A stretch of 64,000 bases of DNA, taken from the NCBI GenBank assembly GCA_964395715.1, contig CAYNAU010000003.1, positions 254,847-318,846 on the forward strand, given 5' to 3'. This DNA comes from an uncultured Porticoccus sp. (GTDB taxonomy: Bacteria; Pseudomonadota; Gammaproteobacteria; Pseudomonadales; Porticoccaceae). Every line of letters begins with the position of its first letter. The stretch's first letter is position 1. The notes under the pieces are model-generated. The model saw only the letters and a list, made by a program, of their open reading frames with translations. It searched no databases and was not told the origin of the DNA. A program made the translations under genes and the position numbers. Shown here piece after piece: positions 61,901 through 64,000 of the stretch.

Positions 61901-62361
61901 CGTTATCACCACTTTTTGAAATTGAACTTTTCATCTAAGTGCTTTCAATCAGCGTCCCTGATTGATGGTGATGGTTTTGCGCAAACAGGTACTACCTGGG
62001 CTTTGGCAGATAATTCCTCTGTAACACAACACAAAGGATTATTGGTAGTGAGGCTGACGTTTCAAGTCAGGTCGCAAAACACATCATTATCGGTAGTGCG
62101 TCAACGTCTCATATGTCGAGGCGCTGGACGGATAGTGTACGTAAGCTTTAAACGCATCACTTAGCGATGGCTATCCACCCGGGTGAGCCATCCCGTACGG
62201 CATGAATAAAGGGGATGGGCGATAGGACTGCCAACGGATATACGATATTGTTAACAGTCACGGATAACATAAAATAACTTCCTGAAGGGATCGTCAACCG
62301 TTTTGGTGGCACGCCCAACGAAGTGCAGATTTGAAAAATGTCGATTTAAGGGGAATTGAAG

Positions 62362-63387
62362 TTGGATTATTTGCTGCAATACGGGTTGTTTCTGGCCAAG
62401 GCCATCACTCTAATTATTTCCCTGGTAGTGGTGATAGGTATTGCTATCGGCCTGAGCAATCGTGCCCGCAAGCATGCTGAGGGTGAACTTGAGATCGAAC
62501 AACTGAACGATACCTTTGAGCAGATGAGCAATGTGCTGCAGCTGGCCACCATGCCGCCGGGAAAACGCAAGCTGTGGCACAAGGAAAAAAAGAAATCAGA
62601 TAAAGACAAAAAAAACAGTTCTGATACCAGAAACAGGGTATTTCTGGTCGATTTCAAGGGGGATCTACGTGCGTCGGCAGTAGCGAGTCTGCGCCAGGAG
62701 ATCACGGCCATTTTGACCCAGGCAAAACCGGAGGATGAGGTTGTTGTCCGTCTGGAAAGTGGTGGTGGCATGGTACACAGCTATGGCCTCGCAGCCAGTC
62801 AGTTGGACCGGGTTCGTCAGCAGAATATTCCGCTCACGGTCTGTGTCGACAAGGTGGCGGCCAGCGGTGGTTACATGATGGCCTGTGTCGCCAACAAAAT
62901 TCTTGCGGCGCCCTTTGCCATGATCGGTTCAATCGGCGTGGTGGCCCAGCTGCCTAATTTTAATCGCCTGCTGAAAAAACACGATGTGGATGTAGAGCTG
63001 CATACTGCCGGTGATTACAAACGCACTCTGACGATGTTCGGGGAAAATACAGAAGCGGGTCGGGAAAAATTTATCGAAGACCTGGAGGAAATCCACAATA
63101 TTTTCAAAGAATTTGTTAACGATCACAGGCAATCTGTTGATATTAATGAGATTTCTACAGGTAAGGTCTGGCTTGGCTGCCACGCCCTTGATAAATCACT
63201 GGTGGACGAATTGAAAACCAGCGATACCTATCTCGTCGAACGCTCAGCCGAGGCAGACATCTTCCTTGTCAAGTTCGTCTATCATAAAAGTCTGCCGGAA
63301 AAATTGGGCCTCGCAGCAGAGACCCGCGCAGACAGTTTGCTGATGCGCTGGCTGGATAGGGCCCGTAGACAACAGTTTTTCTCCTGA
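62362..63387 (+). CDS. sohB: Protease SohB (S49)
   Basis: RLESGGGMVHSYGLA, DKVAASGGYMMAC, GSIGVV. TTG start 7 nt after SD AAGGGGA. Confidence 0.94.
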   Translation: MDYLLQYGLFLAKAITLIISLVVVIGIAIGLSNRARKHAEGELEIEQLNDTFEQMSNVLQLATMPPGKRKLWHKEKKKSDKDKKNSSDTRNRVFLVDFKGDLRASAVASLRQEITAILTQAKPEDEVVVRLESGGGMVHSYGLAASQLDRVRQQNIPLTVCVDKVAASGGYMMACVANKILAAPFAMIGSIGVVAQLPNFNRLLKKHDVDVELHTAGDYKRTLTMFGENTEAGREKFIEDLEEIHNIFKEFVNDHRQSVDINEISTGKVWLGCHALDKSLVDELKTSDTYLVERSAEADIFLVKFVYHKSLPEKLGLAAETRADSLLMRWLDRARRQQFFS

Positions 63388-63430
63388 CGGGTCCCGGGGG
63401 TTTGACGTAACAGATAGAGGGGTAGACCAA

Positions 63431-64000
63431 ATGATTGAGAGTCAGACCACGACCAGACACTACCGCGCACTCTGGGTAACCAAAACAGCATCCGATACCT
63501 TTGCTCAGGACATTGTTGAACGACCCATTGATGAGTTGCCGGCAGGGGATGTACTGGTGAGGGTTCAATATTCCTCACTGAATTACAAGGACATGATCTC
63601 TGCCACTGGCCGTCCAGGCGTCACGCGCAATTACCCCCACCAACCGGGCATAGATGCTGCTGGTGTCGTGGCCGAGAGTTCGGTGGCAGATTTTTCTGCG
63701 GGCGACGACGTCATCGTGTGTGGCTACGACCTGGGAATGAACACCTTTGGTGGTTTGGGGGAATACATCCGTGTTCCTGCTGGCTGGGTGGTCCCAGTGC
63801 CACCGGGACTGTCAGGTCGCGAGGCAATGATATACGGCACGGCCGGATTTACTGCAGCCCTGTGCGTGGAAAAACTGCTGCAGATGGGTGCTGATCCCGC
63901 GGATGGCGATGTGGCGGTTACCGGTGCCACTGGTGGTGTGGGCACGTTTGCCATCCGCTTGCTGAGTCGGCTGGGTTTTTCCGTTGCCGCGGTGACCGGC
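63431..64000 (+). CDS. YhdH/AcuI-family NADPH quinone/acryloyl-CoA oxidoreductase (3'-truncated by window edge; absent from the ORF track)
   Basis: Hand translation from ATG 63431: VLVRVQYSSLNYKD, PGIDAAG, GYDLGMN.FGG, GTAGFTAALC, VAVTGATGGVG. Confidence 0.9.
   Translation, partial: MIESQTTTRHYRALWVTKTASDTFAQDIVERPIDELPAGDVLVRVQYSSLNYKDMISATGRPGVTRNYPHQPGIDAAGVVAESSVADFSAGDDVIVCGYDLGMNTFGGLGEYIRVPAGWVVPVPPGLSGREAMIYGTAGFTAALCVEKLLQMGADPADGDVAVTGATGGVGTFAIRLLSRLGFSVAAVTG

Noticed and set aside
61916-62164. 82-aa + strand ORF in the BKACE-sohB intergenic region
   Set aside because: TTG start, no SD, begins almost at the divergent gene's start, and has no protein-like features.

Overview
The window is ~64 kb of gene-dense gammaproteobacterial core chromosome. 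Gene order resembles what I recall for Pseudomonas-like/Cellvibrionales marine bacteria; this is recall, not a search result. In order: 3' end of pepN; orphan ParA; MoxR-DUF58-DUF4381-BatA-BatB/TPR-BatD operon; large NAD-glutamate dehydrogenase; rmf; rlmKL; glutaredoxin-like gene; an accessory-looking ~7 kb block (SulP anion transporter, Amt-PAS-GGDEF-EAL fusion, RcnB-like protein, DmeF-type CDF exporter, DUF3365 heme-c protein); tatD; slt; usp; topA; lexA with tandem SOS boxes and a divergent LOG gene (no sulA); nagZ; MscS; MTI phosphorylase; csiV; mfd; gap; nqrABCDEF-apbE-nqrM; mltD; gloB; methyltransferase-rnhA-dnaQ; nhaB; fimL-like; nudC; an orphan beta-keto acid cleavage enzyme; sohB; and the 5' part of a YhdH/AcuI oxidoreductase. 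I found no tRNA, rRNA, CRISPR array, transposase, integrase or phage gene. The most interesting elements are the ammonium-transporter/c-di-GMP fusion and its neighbourhood, the SOS boxes shared by lexA and the LOG gene, and several structured GGA-rich intergenic regions that may be regulatory RNAs. Nothing here is demonstrably a new system; the candidates are hypotheses.
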